From Ostrea edulis (lineage: Eukaryota), in NCBI RefSeq assembly GCF_947568905.1, contig NC_079164.1, positions 21,142,001-21,206,000 on the forward strand: a DNA stretch of 64,000 bases, in the 5' to 3' direction. Below are positions 61,076 through 64,000 of this stretch, piece after piece. Under the pieces are notes generated by a model. It searched no databases. It had not been told where the DNA came from and saw only the letters and a list, made by a program, of their open reading frames with translations. Every line of letters begins with the position of its first letter. Position 1 is the first letter of the stretch. The position numbers and the translations under genes are program-made.

Positions 61076-63746
61076 TAGGCTGAGGTCAACAGATCCGTTC
61101 GAGGGTCAAACAAAACAGCTGTTGTCCGAGGACCCAGTCTATAACTGTTTTGTTATACACCTTAATTTTTAGGCTGTTTTACTAACACATGGTTTGTTGA
61201 TTGTGTACGTTTATCAACGTATCCACTAGTGTAAAAGAAAACATGCCCAATATCATTACCGAAGTATGAAAGATCGGAAGATATAAATAAATCAATTAAC
61301 GTTTATTATTCATGAATTTTCACAATACATATGTAAATATAACAACAAGGTCCACGTGAACAGAAACTACAGAAGCTCATTCTATTCTGGGGTTGAAATT
61401 TCAGGGTGTGTTTGTAATCATTAGCTTTTTAACTTTTAGTTTTTTCCACCATAGTCATTAATAACGACTGAACAGTTATTAAAACTGTATTTTGGACAAA
61501 CATTTTCTTTCGAAACGCACGTGATTTGGTTATTGACGGTGCTAGGCTCAGGAATGTTAGACTGTGCAACGGTTGAATTCTGTTCAAGCACAGAAACCAT
61601 CATATTGTTTAATTCCTGACTATCTATTTCTAGAAAGTCAACATTTTCTAAATTCGCATTATCAGAGCTTGTAGCAGTGATCACTTCTGGAGCTGGTGCT
61701 GTCTGTGGGATTACTTGTTCTGCCAATGCGTTAGACATTTCGCGTTTCTTTTTCTCCCGTGCTTTTGAGACGTAATGTTTTAAACTTGTTTCCGATTTAT
61801 GTTTTGAGACAGTCATAATATGCCTCCCTTCATACCCACTTTCATCCAGAAGAGTTATGCAGGTAGCCCTAATGCAGTGATTACTGTACACTTTAGAAAG
61901 ATCTGCTTGTTTACTTATATTCTGCATCATTTGGCCGAGGGAGTTCTTGCCCAGAACCATGTTGTCATACCAAATCGATGGATCCTCACTTTCAGCTTGA
62001 AAACTCTTGGGCCGTTGCCATAAGAAATGACAACCTGGATTTAATTTCGTCAGGTATTTCTCGAAGCTTAGAACAGGGCAGTGTGGGGTTCCTAGAATAA
62101 AATTAAACTAAAATCAGTTTTTTAAAAAATACTTCTCTACAATTATTAAGTTCATAAATTAAAATAAGATTAAGACAAGACAGAAAACTTTCTGAATGAT
62201 ATAACTATCTAGAACACACAAAGCAAAATGAAATTGATATTGGTTTCAAGTGTGCAACAAGTGAAATATACATGCCACGATATATATCTGGAAAAATGTT
62301 GTTAATCTCTATTTTATGGAATAGACAGGCTGACGTCAATCGCCTGTGAAATGTGTTGAAATGGCCCTAAGTATAACACTGATTCATATAAATTTTTACT
62401 AGTTTCTTACCTGGTTTTTCGTACATCCTACCGCCACCATCATCCACATCATCTGTTCCACCCTGGTGATTTTTAGTGAGCCTTGGTTTCACGTTTACAA
62501 CATATCTCCTCCCACTAGCACCAGTGTTTACTACAAAATCTTCTTTGGTCATATTGCGAAGGTTTTCCCTTCCGCGGTTACACAAAAACATCATCAGTTC
62601 AAAAAACACCTTAAATTGCAGAGATTTAGGGTCTTTAGTCGATAAAGTATCGGTGGAATACAATTTTCTTATATCTTCCTCGGAAATAATTTCCTTATGT
62701 TTGCTTTCACCACCCCCTTCCATTTTCAGCTTTTTCAAACAAGCATGAAAAATTTTGTTGGCCTCCTTGAATCTGTCGTCATTTACAATGTCAAATTTGT
62801 GCGTTTTTTCAAATGTTTTCTGTAAACCGTACCTGAGAGAAATCATTGTTTTCTTAGCATAAGGCTCTCCATTGCGATTTCTGACGTTACAATAAAATTT
62901 CTTCAGAACAAGAGCCAATTCTTCGGCAGGTATATCTTGTATATCATCATAATTCCGTTGAAGCATTTCGTTGATATATTGTTCAAAAATATTTTTCGCA
63001 ACGTTGATAACATTTTTCGTATTCCTGCTTTCCGTTTGATCTAATAGAGTCTGTATCTCATCATCACTAAAATTAGTAAACCTCGCCATTACGTAAAAAC
63101 AGCAGACTGATAATCACGTGACTTGCGTAGCCAATAGAAATAGAGCAGACAATTGCCCGGTCAACAGTTCGAAAACTATTGACCGGTCAATAGACCACGA
63201 GTGTGAAAGTTGATTTAACAGTTGAAATGTTCGTTTTAGATTGTATTAGTTTTATATAGGGAAAAAATTAAGGTGTATAACAAAACAAATTGTTATACAA
63301 CTTCATTTCTTTTTCTATATAAAACTAATACGATTTAGAACCAACATTTTAACTGTTAAATCAACTCTCACACTCGTGGTCTATTGACCGGTCAACAGTT
63401 TACGAACTGTTGACCGGGCAATAGTCTGCCTTATTTCCATTGGCTACGCAAGTCACGTGATTCTCGGTCTGCTGCTTTGTTTACACAATGGCGAGGTCCA
63501 GTGATTTAACTGATAATGAAATACAGAATTTATTAGATGAAACGCTAGGCAGGAATATGAAAAATGTAATGATTGATTATTAATTTGGATATTGGGTATG
63601 TTTTCTTTTAAACTAGGGAATACGTTGATAAACGTACGCAATTACACTGTCTTGTTAAAAGTTTGAAGTCAACAAACCATGTACAACCTTTAAAAAATGA
63701 AGGTGTATAACAAAACAGTTATCGACTGTGTCCTCGGACAACAGCT

Positions 63747-63786
<40 letters not shown>

Positions 63787-63828
63787 ACGGCTTCGGGCAA
63801 CAGATCCCTTCTCGGGTCAAACAAAACA

Positions 63829-63861
<33 letters not shown>

Positions 63862-63868
63862 GATATTG
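60995..63868. mobile_element. Crypton-type (tyrosine recombinase) composite element with ~260 bp inverted ends
   Basis: 60995-~61255 is the reverse complement of ~63585-63868; contains an intact YR gene, an internal palindrome centred at ~63287, and self-palindromic ~140 bp terminal modules. Confidence 0.88.
61436..63089 (-). CDS. Crypton tyrosine recombinase (DUF3504/CryptonA-like), 444 aa, 2 exons, apparently intact
   Basis: Exon 1 63089-62411 (MARFTNF..LKKFYCNVR..GEPYAKKTM..LRYGL..CNRGRENLR..TKNHQGG..KP G|GTAAG); exon 2 62091-61436 (TTCTAG|GTPHCPV..WQRP..WYDNMVLGKN..YSNHCIRAT..IMTVSKHKS..LKHY). Catalytic R, K, HxxR, H and Y are all present; 1335 nt in frame. Confidence 0.9.
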
Positions 63869-64000
63869 CATCCCAAAGAATTAACTCCCTCATACTGTTA
63901 ATTATAAGTCAATAAAACAAAATATTGCATCCCAAAGAATAAACTCCCTCATACTATTAATTTTATATGTAGGTCAATAAAACAAAATATTGCATCCCAA
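63862..64000. repeat. Tandem duplication, ~60-66 bp unit starting ATATTGCATCCCAAAGAAT, abutting the Crypton right end
   Basis: Unit starts seen at ~63863, ~63922 and ~63987. Confidence 0.85.

Overview
AT-rich, repeat-dense animal genomic DNA. A bivalve/oyster origin is inferred from the repeat types and not proven. Most real genes are multi-exon and largely invisible in the ORF track; I assembled them by hand from splice signals and frame continuity. In order: (1) a 12-exon class B1 (secretin-family, calcitonin/PDF-receptor-like) GPCR on + (~4166-25228). Its introns hold MITEs, SINEs, a dead Tc1 and several tandem arrays. (2) A head-to-head pair of p62/SQSTM1-like PB1-domain genes (minus 28046-26124; plus 28708-32118). 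They have mirrored promoters, and Arg/Cys-rich tails replace ZZ/UBA. (3) ASTE1 (minus, one coding exon). (4) A TE-filled intergenic region with nested DNA transposons. (5) The first 8 coding exons of L-fucose kinase (FCSK, +). Its intron 8 carries a 3.3 kb satellite and a 2.9 kb Crypton-type tyrosine-recombinase composite built of palindromic modules joined at recombinase-core-like sites. The most promising leads are the divergent PB1 pair, the modular Crypton, a foldback element with TIR-borne splice donors between ASTE1 and FCSK, and tandem repeats that repeatedly amplify splice sites.
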